The notes under the pieces: generated by a model
Databases searched by the model: none
What the model was told of the DNA's origin: nothing
What the model saw: the letters and a program-made list of their open reading frames with translations, nothing else
Position numbers and translations under genes: made by a program
Shown here: positions 1 through 13,632 of the stretch, piece after piece
Numbering within the stretch: position 1 is the first letter of the stretch
Layout of the letters: every line of letters begins with the position of its first letter
Assembly: GCA_028534125.1 (NCBI GenBank)
Contig: CM052841.1
Span: forward strand, 40,238,001 to 40,302,000
Length of the DNA: 64,000 bases
From: Lama glama
Taxonomy: Eukaryota
Direction: 5' to 3'

Positions 1-1959
1 TGGATCCCCATCCCCTGAATGCTGGACATGTTCCGAGTCACAAAGTCAGCACATTCACTGTGTGCCAGACCCTGGGCCAAGGTCACTGCCTGCTCCCCAC
101 TCCATGCACTCTGCCACCACCAGCAATGACCTCTCCTTTCAGCTCCCAAAGCCCTTTGAGACCAGGCTTAGAACTCACCTCGTTCAAGTGCTGCCCCTGA
201 CCACCCCGGGGAGGCATCTTGCCCCTCTGCCGCCTGCTCTAGCACTGATTATCTGTCCCTTTCATGTCAGTTACTCATGCAAGGCCTCAAGACATTTCTT
301 CCAGTGCTGGTGTTAACTGCCATGTGACTCTGTGTCCTCAGCTTCTTATCCTGGACTGATTTTCCAACTCGACTTCAGTTTTAGAGCAGAGGCTCAAAGG
401 GATCAATCTGTGTGTCCCATGAGGCCCAGCGCCCACCTGGTACCAGCAGGGAGATCTCAATGAGGTTGAGATGATGCAGAGGAAAGATGAGCTGATGGTT
501 GGGAAGTGAGTGAGGGGCAGGTTACAGTTCAATATCTCCCAACAGTCCTTGGGGGTAAAGCCCAAACTCCTTCCAGATGTTCGGCAAGCCCTCTGTGAAC
601 TGGCCACCAAACTCCCTGCGGCCCTCATCTCCCTACGTGCCCTCCACAAGCCTTGAAGCTGCAGCCACACCAGCTACCTGGGGAGGCTTTCTTCTCTGGG
701 TTTTGCACAGGCTGTCTCTACCCCTCCTCCACACAGCGCCCACCTTTGTGCTTCCTCAGGTCCCAGTTGAGCACCTGTGAGAACACTGGTGGGTCCCTTC
801 CTCCCGGCCTGCTCATCTGTCAAGACTTGAGTCAAACTTTAACTCTTGGGAAGCCTTTCCTGCGTCCTCCTCCCTTGGAACCCAAGTGACTGTGCCATCT
901 TGGTGAGGACTGCATCCCCCCCAACCCCGAAGTAAACTCCAAGATACTCTGGTGCCTGACCTGGGTCCATGGCTACTACCAGGGTCTTGTTTATGTCAGT
1001 GTCCTTGGTGTCTGGCATGGGGGTCACAAAATGGCCACTAAATGGACAAAATGTTCCTGAAGTCCTGCCAGCCCACCCTTCCCCCAGCCATCTCTTTGTG
1101 GCTGACCTGAAAGGCTAAGGAGATGGTGTGTGACACCAGCCTCCTCCTGCCCCTCTAAGGCCCACTACCCCTTGGCCCACGCCCAGAGTCCTGTGCCTTT
1201 CACGTGGCAGAGAGAGGGAGGCTGAGACTCTGCTCCTTTACCCCACAGCTGACGGTCAGTCTGTCCAGAGTGGACTAGAGCTTCTCCCTGTGTGACAAGG
1301 GCAAGTGAGAGAAGGGACAATAGGGCTGTGGGGGCCTGAGGTCACACAGGAGCCCCCTGAGGGGCAGAGGGCCCTGACATGGGGGTGCAGACAATGGGAG
1401 TCATGTTTCCTCCTGGCTTCTGGTACCCACCAAGTACAACAAAGCCAGCAGAGACGGGAGGCAGGCAAGCCATGTGACAGACACTCGCCTTAGAGCTCCT
1501 TTCCCTTGTAAAGGGACACCTCGCTCACCTACCTTCTTGTAAAGGGAAACACGATGGGGATATAGAGTGTTCCTGTTGCTCCGAGATCTCAGAGTTATGA
1601 CTCCAAGGCACCGGTGACCAGTAGCCTGCAGCTTGGAGGGAGAGGGGAACACTAGGGCCAGGGTCAGCCAAGGCCTGCACTTTCCAACCACAAACGGCTC
1701 CATAAACTGTAAACTCTCCCAAACCGCAGACACCCCAGAGACGCGCCACATCTCCCCCAGAGTGAGCGAACTGTCTCTGCATCGCCTGTTTTCACACTCA
1801 GGAGAGCACGTGCTCCCAGTCTCAAAATCATTATTTGTGTGTGAGTGCTCATTTTTCAGGGATAAACAGGAGATCCAATGGTCTAACTGATTATTACATT
1901 TGCAGCCATCAAACCAACTTCAAAGGCAAGTCTCAGACGTGTGCAGAGGAAAGGCCTGT

Positions 1960-2400
1960 TTTTATTCCATTTTCAACAAGAGCTATTCCTGAGTGCCGGG
2001 CCCCGTGCTGGGCTCTGGGGAATGACTCAGGCCCTGATCAGGCTGCTGAGGAGAGACTCACCCAGGAACCAAAAGCAAGAACAAGAGGGAGGGATAAGAA
2101 TCATTATGTGAGTCCTGGGGGAGCAAAGAGCTTGGGGAAAGCTCCTGGGAGGAGGAGATTAAGGTGAGAAGTGACACAGGAGAGCAGGGAGGTGTTGGAG
2201 GTGTTGCCTGGAGCTGGGGTCCCCTGAGCAGGGTGCAGGGGGAGGTGTGGCTTGAGGAAGGCCTGGAAAGTCTGCACTTGGGTTTGTGGGGCTCAGTGAA
2301 GTTCTCCGGGCAACGGAATAACACCATCCGGCCACGTCTGGGAAAATCATCTGGTGACAGCGAGAAGGAGGGATCTGGGAAGGCTGAGCAGGGAGGCTGG
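1960..2400 (-). mobile_element. L2 LINE fragment
   Basis: Degenerate reverse L2 3' end (ttcaacaagagctattcctgagtgcc...gtgctgggctctgggg). Confidence 0.5.
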
Positions 2401-2940
2401 CTGGTGGCCACTGACCTGGTCCTCTCTCTGAGAGCTGCCCTTGTGCTGCGGGGTCACGGGGTACCAGGAGTGCAAATGCTGCTCCTCTTTACTGGGATCA
2501 GGCACATGTAAAATGACAGTCCTTTAAAATACATATTTTAAAAGTCTTTTTTTAAGTAGGCCTGGTGAAATTCGCTCCATTTGGAAGCAGGCTTCTCTGG
2601 AAAGATATCCCCCAGGGACGCTAGCGTGGCTTCAGTTTGCAAACAGGTTTCCAGGGTGCTGAGTGGAAGCTGCCGACACCGAGTGAGACACATCGTGTGG
2701 AGGTCTGATCATGACTGGTGACAGGCAAACAAAGGCACGGAAGACTGTAGCCCAGCCCAGCCCGGCAGGCAGCGTCCGGGAGGGCTTCTGTGTGTGGGAG
2801 GTCATGTCCCTGGGCCCAGTGGGATCTGTGCACTTCTAGCGGGTCTTATGGCTGCCACTGCCTCCACCAGAGGAGATTAGGACTCAAATCACCTCAGGAT
2901 CAGGTTGAAGTCTTGACTTTAGTGACAGGGAGACTGGGGT

Positions 2941-3078
2941 AGGGAAGGTATAGCTCAGTGGCAGAGTGAGTGCTTAGCATGCACGAGGTCCCGGGTTCAA
3001 TCTCCAGTACCTCCATATAAACAAACAAACCTAATTACCCCACCACCAAACAAATAAATTAACTATTTTTTAAAAAAA
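2941..3078 (+). mobile_element. tRNA-derived SINE, camelid Vic-1-like
   Basis: Head GGGAAGGTATAGCTCAGTGGCAGAG (A box) ... GGTTCAATCTCC (B box) AGTACCTCCA, then AAACAAACCTAATTACC and an A-rich tail. Matches the Vic-1 pattern as remembered. Confidence 0.85.
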
Positions 3079-3579
3079 GAGATGAGGACATGGAATCGAA
3101 GCCCATAGGGGCAGCGCCTTGTTCACACTCAAACCAGGAGTCAGTGGAGCCAGGATGATCTCTGGGGTCCTTCAGCTCACAATTCCTCCCTGAACTACAG
3201 CACAGCCTCCACGCTAGCCCTGTGCTATCTGTCAGTTCAAAGATATACAAGATTCTTGCAGCGAAATCACAGCTCTGTAAAGCTAACAAGATGAGCTTGC
3301 ACGGCTGGGCCCTCATGCAGTCAGGCGCCCCGCACTGCCCACCCCCAGAGCAGGGGTTTCTGCTCTTCTCTGCAGACCCTGTTGCTTTGGACTTGTACAG
3401 CGTAATTCAAGGAGACACCGGAATGGATGTCCATGCCCCTGCAGGAGGGCAGAAAGAGAATGAGCCAAGAAGCCAGGGAGAGCAATGCTGCTGGCAGGCC
3501 AGACCAGAGCATCAGAACTGATGGAGACCCCAGGCTAAAGCAGGGCCTATGTAACCACAGAACCATCTGTCCCAGAGTC

Positions 3580-3665
3580 ATGGAGCAGGCCATTAAAATG
3601 CAGATTCCTGGGCCCCAGTGAGAGCTATAAGGAGTGGGGCCTAGGAACCTGCATTTACAATATGG
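3580..3665. mobile_element. MER5-family (hAT-Charlie) fragment
   Basis: aaaatgcagattcctgggcccc...gtggggcctaggaacctgcattt core. Confidence 0.7.
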
Positions 3666-4164
3666 CACACACACCTCACTTAGCTTTCCCATGTGACTAC
3701 GGCACAAACTGACATTGGAAGGCCCTGAACTCGTGTCTTCAGGGCAGCTTGCTCCTCAATCCAACCCAGGGTGGTGGGCAGGGTGCTGGCCTGACACTCT
3801 TCATGTTTTAGAGACTGTCTTTTGGCTGCTCAGAGAGCACGGCAGGGGCAGAGAGCCTGGGCAGGTGTCCCACTGTGCCTGCATATCTCCTGCACTGCAC
3901 TGCATGCTCCTGGCCTGGCAGACCTGCTCTGAGGCCAGGCAGGCTTATTCTGTCTGCAACATGTGGCTCATTTGTACAGTCAATCTGGGGACTCTAGCAT
4001 GATTCCAGAGTCTCTGGGGGCCGCCCTCATCACAGCCCTATAAAGTGCAAGGTGCTCTGGACCAGAATGAGAGCCTCAGAGCACATCAAGGGCTGAGGGA
4101 ACACCCAGAATGAACCACAGAAACCCCTGTGTGTGCGTGGAAGCCTGGCTTATAATCAGCTACT

Positions 4165-4300
4165 GGGGCTCTAGTCCTGGTTTCCTGTGTGATTTCAGGA
4201 AAGTGCCCTAACCTCTCTGAGCCTTCATCTCCCCACCTACATAATGAGGATAATACCACATGCCCTCTCAACCTCTCCAGGGTGTTCTCACAATCAAAGG
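4165..4300 (+). mobile_element. MIR SINE
   Basis: Core aacctctctgagccttcatctccccacctacataatgaggataata. Confidence 0.7.
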
Positions 4301-5249
4301 AACATGGATGTGCTCAACATAAACACAAGGGCTATAGTTATGTAGTCTTCTGCCAGTCTTCTTTTCTTTAAGCATCAGGAAAAGGTGTGTTCTCTTCTTC
4401 CAGTGTTAGAGATCACGTCACCGCAGAGGTTAAGTGGGCATTCTCTTTCAGCAGCAGGCAAGAAACCTCTTGCATGGCTTCTGCCTGGCTGGCCCCTTTC
4501 TCCGGGAGAAGAAGCCAGGAGTCCTTGGTAGGTGACTCTAAATGGGCCTTTCATAATTTTGAAATCTCAAGTGTGTGTGTGTTGTTTATGTCAGTACTCA
4601 TAAAGGGAGACGGAACCACCCTTGTCAGGAGAGGAGATAATCGTCCAGCCCGTCTCCCTGGCAGAGTCACTGTCATGTAATTAAGGATGATAATTATAGC
4701 TCTGTGTCTAGTGTCAAACCCGGGGCTCTTTCCAGACACAATTGCGCCTCTCCTCACCCTGTGTGCAAAAAACACACAGGCTCTCTGTGGATGGGGAAGG
4801 CCTGCACGGCCCTGTCCCTTAGCCTCCGGTGGCTTCTGTGGACCCAGCCCTTTGGATGGTTTGACCTGGAAGTCTCATCCAGGAGAGCTGGGTCCTCTGC
4901 AGTTCCACCTTGCTGCAGAATGAGACCAGGTGCTGGGGGACACTGGGGTGACAGGCAGCCCCTGACCTCAGAGGGAACCAAGGTTCCCCTGGAGGCCAGG
5001 CACTTGCCGGTACAGAGGGCTATCTCCCCCCAGCGTCTGCCAACGAGCCTGAATGGTGACTCAAGCACTCAGCAGTTCACCCACACTTCCCCGCTGAGGC
5101 CTCTGTAGATAAGACGTCTCCTTCCCTTCCAGCTCGTGAGCTCTGGAAGGCATGAGCACTGTGACCCCTCCCCGCAGGACCTAGCTCAGAGCAGAGGCTC
5201 TGGTGAATGGAAGAAAGGGGCAGGGACAGGGACTGATGTGATACAGCAA

Positions 5250-5460
5250 GTGAGCACTGGACCTGGAGTCCTGAGACCTGAGCACACGCCCCGGCCCTGC
5301 TGCTGGGTGACCCTATGCAGGCTGCCTTCATTCCCCAGTTTGCAGTTTCTCTATCTTAATAGAATAACAAGGCTGCCCTCCAAGGTCATTCCAAGGATGA
5401 AATGAGATGTCTAAGAAAGCACTTATATAATTAGTAAAAGGAGAAGCAAATATAAACTGT
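5250..5460 (+). mobile_element. MIR SINE (degenerate)
   Basis: gagcactggacctggagtc...cagtttctctatct...aggatgaaatgaga. Confidence 0.6.
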
Positions 5461-6530
5461 TATGACAATCACCCCACACATATAACTGATAGCCAAGGTC
5501 CTGGAAGAAATTAGAGAAAGGCCAACTCATCTAACAATATTAATTAGAAATATCCACAGATCTACAGATTCCCTGAAACCAAGACAAGTTTTCCTCATAG
5601 ACTCTTAAGTCCCAGAAAAGGAAGAGACATTGCTCCTTGCAGACAGGACCCTAGAGGCAGAGCAACAGACTGACCTAGATGGGGCTCCAGGAGAGGAAGG
5701 CAGGGGGAGGGCCTGTTTCATTCTCCATGGTGACTGGGCAAAGGTGAAAACTCCCAAGAGTGCCAGCCACTGCAAAGCGCAGGGGATGCAGGAAGGAGTG
5801 GGTCATTTACAGGTAAGGAACTCCCTAGAGACAAGGGGACACTGGCTGCAGGAGGCCTTGGGTCACTTCCCCAACCACACTGTGGAGACTGGAAGGAGCC
5901 CTGGGCTAGGACGTCACCTCTCCAGCACTCACTGGGCTGCGCCACCCCACCCCCAGGCCTTCTGTTTCTTCACCTATAAAACAAGGGGGCGAGCAGATAG
6001 TCCTCTAGTCTAGCGCGGCTCTAAAATCCTCACTCAACCAAAGATGATTGGTTTTAGCATCCGAGTTCAAGCTTTTCAAACAGAACCACATACAGTTCAG
6101 GTCAAAGACAGCTAAAGACAGATGGCGGATCTGAGATGAAGCACTGACTCCAAGACTCAGCACCAAGTCCTCTGCAGGCTGGGAGGCCTGAGGGTTTCAT
6201 GGAACCAGAGGCAATTCCTTGGTCTCAGCCCCAGAGACTCCATCCTTCTCCTGTGAACACTGAGGACTGAGGCAGGGCGTGGGGCTGGGGCCCTACAGAC
6301 AGCCCGGAGCTTTTCATTAGCACGGGGAGCCTTGGGAATTTACAACAAATCTTGGTCCAGATAAAAATTAGTTTCAAGTCTTGGGGGCAAACAGGCTGAG
6401 TACATTCATAACAAATAAACCCTTCTTCCTAATTTCTTGGTGTAAATTACGAAAATAATGAAAACATCACCTAGTTTCCTCTGAGGCTCAACTCAACAAG
6501 GCTGCTTTGCATGGAAGCCTGGGCCCAGCT

Positions 6531-6554
6531 GGGGGTGGGGGTGGGGGTGGGGGT
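6531..6554 (+). repeat. (GGGGGT)4 tandem repeat
   Basis: Read directly from the sequence. Confidence 0.9.
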
Positions 6555-9500
6555 CGTGGAAGGATGGGGCAGAGGTAAGCAAGCCAACAGCCTAAGTGTG
6601 CCTGCCCTGGGTGGGTGTCTTTTCGCAATTCTGACAAAAATGCAGGGCCTCCTTGGGGTCTGTCGGGGCCAGTCCTGCAGCAATTCCTTCCAGGCCTGTC
6701 CTTGGAGCATGGGGCTGGCCCACGCCCCTTGTTGCCTCTGCTCCCACCGCCCTTCCCAGGTCAGGCACCAAGTGGAGAAGTCTGTTCTCACCCATGCCCC
6801 CAACCCAGGCAGACCAGTCCACATCCTCCCTCTTAGCCCCCAGGTACTCACTTCTGTGCCCACACCTGACATCCTCAAGCCCTGATGCAGTGAGTTACAT
6901 GGCACATGCCACCTCCCACTGGAATCGCCTTCCAGGCGGCAGGCCCAGGTGGGCTTCAAACTCCCAGCACAGCAGGGGCACAACAGATGCTGGACAAAGC
7001 CCCCTCCTCAGCTTTACCTTGAAGGGTGAGGCTGTCCCTCCTCTACCTTACTGGCTCTTGACACCATCCCACCCTCCAACCACCCTACCCCGTTTCCCCC
7101 AGTGGCAGCTGGGCCCAACATTAACTCTTTCTTAGCAAAGACTCTCTGCAGAAGCAGCTCTGAGCTAGGGAATGGGAATAAAGCCCTAGAAGAGGCCAAG
7201 GAAGGTGAGGTTGAGGTGAGGCAGGCACTGTCACCCACTAGATGTTCTTCAGGTCTCCCAGGCTGTGGGCGGGGCCCCTCCCCACTTCAGGCTTCTGCTT
7301 TTTTGTCACTGGGGAAGGCAGGAGCTGGCCCTGAACCATCCATCCCGTCTGACCCCATGGCTGCCCATCTCCGTCTTCACCATCCTCAGATCCATGGCTT
7401 TCCCCCGGCCTGAGGTCCTCCCCCTACCCCACTGCTACCTGACCCACCCCTGCCTGGCCTCTGGAACACAGCTCCCAGGATGCCAGAAGCCCTCCTTGTG
7501 GCCCCTGGCACTTGCTCCAGCCTCTGCTCTTGCTTTCTCACCAGTAAAATGGAAAGAACCTCATGTACTGCCTTCCTGGGCCTTAAGGGGACTGAGGAGG
7601 GATCTCTGAAGGGCAAGGGTCCTGACTGGATGCAGACTGGTCAGTTCTAAGTTAAAACTGTGGGAGTTTAGGGAAAGAAGCTGGTTGGTGGCTTTGAAGG
7701 AAGCTGGCAGGCCAGGCTGGGGTTAGAAGGCAAGGGAGAGCTTGAACAAAAGCAGAGTTGGAGCCCACTGAAGATGAGATGGACGGAAGCAGACTCTCCC
7801 CGACCCTGCACTGTGCCAGGCCTGCTGGCTGGGGAGGTTGTGGGTCGGGCCAGAGGAGTGCCAGCTTCGGCAGACGGGACACTGGTGTTGAAGAGAAGCC
7901 TGAGGAAGGCTGGTCAGTGAGGGAGACGAGGGCCCAGACACTCGGGCACCCAGCTAGAGGGGGAGCCAGAGACACCAGGGGCCAAGAAGGGCAATGCAGA
8001 CTTGGAAGGACCCCTAGTCTGGAGGGCTTTGTGGTTGGGGCTCAGGAACATGAGTGTATGTGCCTGTCGCCGCATGGAGACACCAGACCTGGCGATGGAA
8101 GTGAACTTACACAGATGCAGGCAGCGGGCTGAGCCCAGGATCAGAGAGAGGGACATGGAGACCCCTGGCCAGGACCGAGGGCTGAGCCAGCTGGGGACTC
8201 GAGACCCAGCTTGGAACCTGAAAGCCTATAACCCTGGGGGAAGAGTTTACCGATCATTCCAAAACACTCCACCTGGGGACATTCTTCACTGGAAATTTCC
8301 AGGCCAGTATCGCAAACACTGGGCACTGACAGTCTGAGGGCAAGAGTTCCAAGTCCTGTGGTCCCTGCCCTCCAGGGGCCTCCAACCCAAAAGGTAAATC
8401 ACAAGGCAGTGTGGTAAGTGCTGTATCAGCATGATTGCACAAAGAGTGACTGCGGAGCTAGACCAGGGAGGACCCACAGTGAAGCCTGGGCCCCAGGAGG
8501 CGACCCTTCTCCAGTGCGTCAATTTTTAGGTCACCAAGTACAATCAGAAGCCTGTATTCTGGAAGGGAGAGAAAAGTGGCATTTTATTTATTTATGCTCA
8601 CATTGCCAATTTCAGAAAAGGACTGAAAAGGAGGCAGAGTGTCACATTAAAACACTTGGACACCACGCCAGGTGAAAGAGCTGAAAGGCAGGACTACCGA
8701 GGAGGGGGAGGAGGAGGAGGAGGACTGAGCTTCAGGCACCTGTCAAGTTACCCCATGGATGGAAAGGCCACATTAAAAAAAAAGCAAACCTATTGTTACT
8801 CAGCATCCCTCCCTTGCACAGCCAGGCACTGATCCCACAGAGAGAGGGGGGCCTGAAATTGGACTCGGTTCCAGTTAGCCTCCAAGACTCAGCTTTCTCA
8901 TCTGCAAAATGGAAATAATGACACTGCTTCCTCTCAGAGCCTTAGGGATATTCTGGCATAATCTGTAAAAGATGTCCTTTAAATACAGCCTCTGTCATCA
9001 TTACAAACTTCCAGAAAGCCAACCTGAGCCCTAGTTAGAGGAGGGTACTAATTAATTAGTCAAATAATAGGGTGTGGGGCAAATCACTAAATCTCCCTCT
9101 TCAGGGCTTCTGGAGGGGCAGAAACTGCGGTAGGCAGTCTTCCTGCTCACCCTTGCAAACCAGCTCCTCCCCAGTGCCACCCCCCAGGGTGGCCCCAATG
9201 CCACTAGAGCCCAGGAGCCCTCCTCTGAACACATGAATGCAATGATGCCAAGTCTGAACCCACTGAATCCTCCCCCAAGAACCTTCCTTCCTCTTCTCAG
9301 ATAGGACAGTCCCCATCGTAACGGACACTCATCCTCCCACTCACCAGGATCCCAGCTCCTCCCTCCTTCCTACCCACTGCACCCCAAGGCTGGCAAGCTC
9401 TTCCGCCCCACCCACCCACTCCTGGCTGCAGCACCCTACAGTACCCTGGCTCTGGTCTCACGCCCCTGGCCTAGATGACTATTGTAGCCACAGAACCACA

Positions 9501-10817
9501 GAACCAGTCTCCCCGCCTCCTGCTTCTGTTTGCTCTAATACATCCTCTGCACCCAAGCGGTGCGACGTCCTAAACAACTTCCTAACCGGCTCAGGACAGG
9601 TGGTGCTTCCCCACAGCCTCCATGCTCTGCTCACACACAAGGCTTTGGTGGGTAGGCAGAGGATACCTGCAGCTTTGCTGCTGACGGACTTAAGTCTACT
9701 TCTGGACAGGCATTTCCATCAGTTTCTGTGCCTTCAGATCTTTTAATGTCTCTCTGGGATTCTGAAGGGCAAGGGGTAAATGGGGAAGTGAGCTCCTCTA
9801 TTTCATATTCCTATTCCTTCATTTCTACCTTTGGGAGGATGCCTTTTCTCTCACAGCTGCCAGGAAAGAGAAGGAGATAGGGGCCGCAGTCCTGGGCGTC
9901 TGGGCCCTCACTGCCAAGTGCTCAGCAAGATATCCCAGTCAGCATCCTGGGCCCTCATACCTAAGAGGCTGGTGCCAGCACACAGGATGGTGCTTGCTGC
10001 TCTGGGAAAATCCATGACAACCCCAGAGTCTGCGCTCCTGCACCGAAGCCAAAAAGAGAGAAGAATGCAGCTGCAGCCGCTGGGCCAGAGCTGTGCCCCT
10101 CAAACTCTGAAGACAGAAATGAGGCCATACTATGTCCTGAAGGTGGCCAGCGCTCTGGGGACAAGTCTCCACTCTGCTCTTGACTTGTGAGAAAGCCCTT
10201 CAGCTGCAGTGATCAGAGGCTGTGGAGTGTCTGGGATACAGACCTCCCCACACCAGAGTTCCCAGAAATGAGTTTATGGGAATCACAGTTACATAACACT
10301 CCCCTTTGATTCTGCACCCAGAGTGAAAGCTTCACAAGAACGGGGACTCCGCTTTGTTCACTGCTCAGCCTCAAGAGCACAGAATGATGCCAGCACACAG
10401 TGGAGATCAGTTCTGTCTCCCCTCTGGGGGAGACCCATCCAGTGAATCGCAAACACCCATCCACTGAACGAACATATTGCACTTTGTTCCCTGATTCAGG
10501 CCCTATGACTCTAGGCAAGCGTGTCTTGCAAAATGGGAAAAGTTGTTTACAGTAAATAATTGTTTACTGTTCGCTTCCTTTTTGTTCATTCATTTTCCAT
10601 ATAGACTTGTATTCCTGAGCTCATTCATTCAATTGGTGAATATGTACTCAGCCAGAGGAGACATGAGGACAGTAAGACCCAGTCCCCTCCTTCAGGGAGC
10701 TCTCAGCCAGGAGGGAGCAGGGAGAAGAGGCACAACTGGACCTCGCCAGGCAGTCCCCCAGCGTAGGGACAGAACTGGTCTCCAAGACGGAGCAAAGCTC
10801 CAAGGGTCTCCTGCCTG

Positions 10818-10850
10818 ACTCCCACCCAACTCCCACCCAACTCCCACCCA
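10818..10850 (+). repeat. (ACTCCCACCCA)3 tandem repeat
   Basis: Three exact 11-bp units. Confidence 0.9.
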
Positions 10851-12099
10851 GAGGCCAAGCCAGCTCCTTCCCTACATCCCTACCCATTTAGCAACTGCTT
10901 AAACTCAAAACTTTTCAGATCTGGCACTCTTCAGAGGTAGACAGGATGTCTCTGGGCTCCTGAGGGGGCCTCAGCATGTCAGTCTGTCAGCCCTGGGTCC
11001 CTGGAATTAATAACAGCCTCAAACATTCAAAAATTATTTACTGAGTTCTTACTTCATCTCCCCCAGGCAACAAGGGGTCCCCATGTGACAGAGGCCAGGG
11101 TCTGGCCCATAGCAGGGGTACAGTCTATGACTGTCAGCTTTCTGTGGCCTGTCCTAATCCTGCTGCAACTTTCCTGAAAAGCTGAACAAGCTCAGTGTCA
11201 AGGGTCAAAAGGGTGTGTGGGGTGAGAAAGCGACTACCAGTGTGGGCCCATTGGTCACCATGGAAACCTTGGCTTCCTGCTCCCCTCCTAGGCAGCTCCC
11301 ATCCCTGCCTGGCCTCCCTGAGCCTGGAGCTCAGCAGGTGAGCACCAACGGGCTGGGCGTGTAAGCTGTACTGTTTCTCAAGAACAGGAAAGTCATCGGG
11401 TGACTAATACAAAATCTATTTACACTTGATTATCTGCTTCCTGTCCGGTAGGTAAGTCATTCTGGTAAATGATAGACCAGCCAGGGAACTCAGCACAGTC
11501 CACGACCAAGCCTTGTCTGTCAGGCAGGAGGTGCAAGAGCAGGTTTCAAACATTTCAAAACAAAGCCCAGGAGCCCTGTGTTAAAAGTCAGAAGACTTGC
11601 TCTGCGGCTTGCTGCTGTGTGACTCTGGTCAGTTCATGCCCTTCTCTGGGCTTCAAGCAGAAGCGTGCCTACTAGCACATGGAGTTTAAAGGGACAGAAG
11701 GCAAGTTGTGAGCAACGCAAACAAACAGCCACGCCAGGGCAGCAGGGCTGTGTGTGAAATGGCTTTCTTTTAATTTCCTCTTATTATGCTATAAAGTTGA
11801 TTTAATAATAAAAACATGCTGAGGACTTTTTAATGTATAATTGCTTACATATTAAAAATTATATGAAAATGTTTTCAATTAATGCTTCTGTGATTCATCC
11901 TGTGAGATGACACTTTGAACAATTTTATACAGGATGGTGCCGGGTGTAGGGGCGGGAGTCACACCTGAAAAGGAAGCCAAAGTAACTGTAAAATTCCCAG
12001 TTACTTCTGCAGATCCTCTGGGAGTCCTGGACAGACACAAGAGTTTTAGCTGCAGGTGAGGGCTCCAGAGGGCACTGCTTTTCCTGGTTTTGCTGCTTA

Positions 12100-12245
12100 T
12101 TTATTAACCTTTCTGAGACTCAGTATTCTCATCTGTAAAATGGGGGGGGGGGGGTTTGATCGTAATACCTAGACCTCACAGGCTCCTTGGAGGATTAAAT
12201 GAGCTAATCATAGAGCAGAGCCTGGCACACAGGAAAGCCCTCTGA
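12100..12245 (+). mobile_element. MIR SINE with an expanded G13 run
   Basis: ctcagtattctcatctgtaaaat(g)13...gaggattaaatgagctaat...gcctggcacac. Confidence 0.8.
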
Positions 12246-13464
12246 AAAAAACTAACCACCACTGTCCCTGTCATCAACACCAGTCCCTGTCACCAACACC
12301 ACTGCGGCACCTCTGAGAACTCCTGGGGCTGAAGGCCTGGGGAGGAAAGATCCCAGGTGAGAAATATTCTGTGCCTTTAGGCTAACTAGGGCCTCATGAT
12401 CTGATCAGTCTTTACAAGCTCTTGCCCCATGTGCTTTTCCTGTCGGGATCCTATCAGAAGCCTCATCTCCCGCCACTCCTCTCCAGCAGAGAGTTCCCAC
12501 GCCTCCGTAACTTTGCTCAAGCTCTTTTCTCTGCCTGGTTGCCAGCTCTCATCACCACCCATTCTACCTCCCACCCCACTCAGATGGCCCAGACTGGAAG
12601 CTGCTGTCTCTTCTATGAACTCCTGGGGATTCACCAGCTCACCTCTGCATACCAACCAGCCCCTCTACCCGTGTTCCATGCCTGTCTCCCTGCTTCATGG
12701 ATATTCCTGGAGGCAAGGGAGGTATCTGCCCAGGTTCCATGGTCCAGACTCCAACACAGCAGGGCTTGGCAAGGGCCCCAGCGGAGACTGGCCAGAGGAT
12801 TTAACAGCACAGAAAACAATGTGAAGGACCAAACAGACCCTCTGCACCCCCAACAGCAACAATGTCACACACATGTGCAAAGCTTGTTCTTCTACCCAAG
12901 CCTCACGTCAGTGTTACATGCTCTATTTACAATGAGGACACTGTGGCCTCCAAGAGGCTACATATCCTGACCCACCCAGGCACCCAAGTTAGCCTGACTT
13001 GGAACCCAGCAGCCTTTCCACCGCATCAGCAGGTCTCTGTGCATCTGGACCCCTCAAGCCCCAGGATCAAGACTCAGGGAAGAATTAAACAATGGGCTGC
13101 AAAGCAGGGCTTTAGGGAGAGGCTAATTCTATTGGCTCAACGGGTGGTTTGGCATGGGGGCACCAATTACACAGACACTGGGGCAGGAAGGAAACCCAGA
13201 AGTGGTATGATTCTTCCTCTTCAATTTACACGTGGAAAAGGCCAAGACCAGAATCTGACCTCAAGGGATAAGCCAAGGATGATGAAAAGGGGAACTGGGA
13301 CTGAACAGTTGGCACGAGTCAGGCTGGCACTGAGAAAGGAAGCTGCCAGTGCTAACCAGATCCTCTCCTACTCAGGTGCTCCCTTCACGGGGCTGGTGCT
13401 GGGTGTCTAATGATGGGGTGATGGGGCAGGACACAGTGAATCATGACATCCTGGAGCTCAAAGT

Positions 13465-13632
13465 TGACACAGACTGGAAAGGTCGCTTGAGCCAACCACG
13501 CATCTGAGACTTAACTACCTTCATCTCCCAGTGCTGGTTGTCTTGCCTCTGCTTGGATGCCTCCAGGGATGGGCAACTCACTGCCTCACAAGACAGCTTC
13601 ACATTTAATTGGTGGGCTAAAAAAAGTTCTCA
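13465..13632 (-). mobile_element. L3/CR1 LINE fragment
   Basis: ctctgcttggatgcctccagggatgggcaactcactgcctcacaagacagc resembles the reverse CR1 3' region. Confidence 0.6.

Noticed and set aside
2941-3015. tRNA gene
   Set aside because: The tRNA-like head runs into a SINE body and A-rich tail, so it is a SINE.
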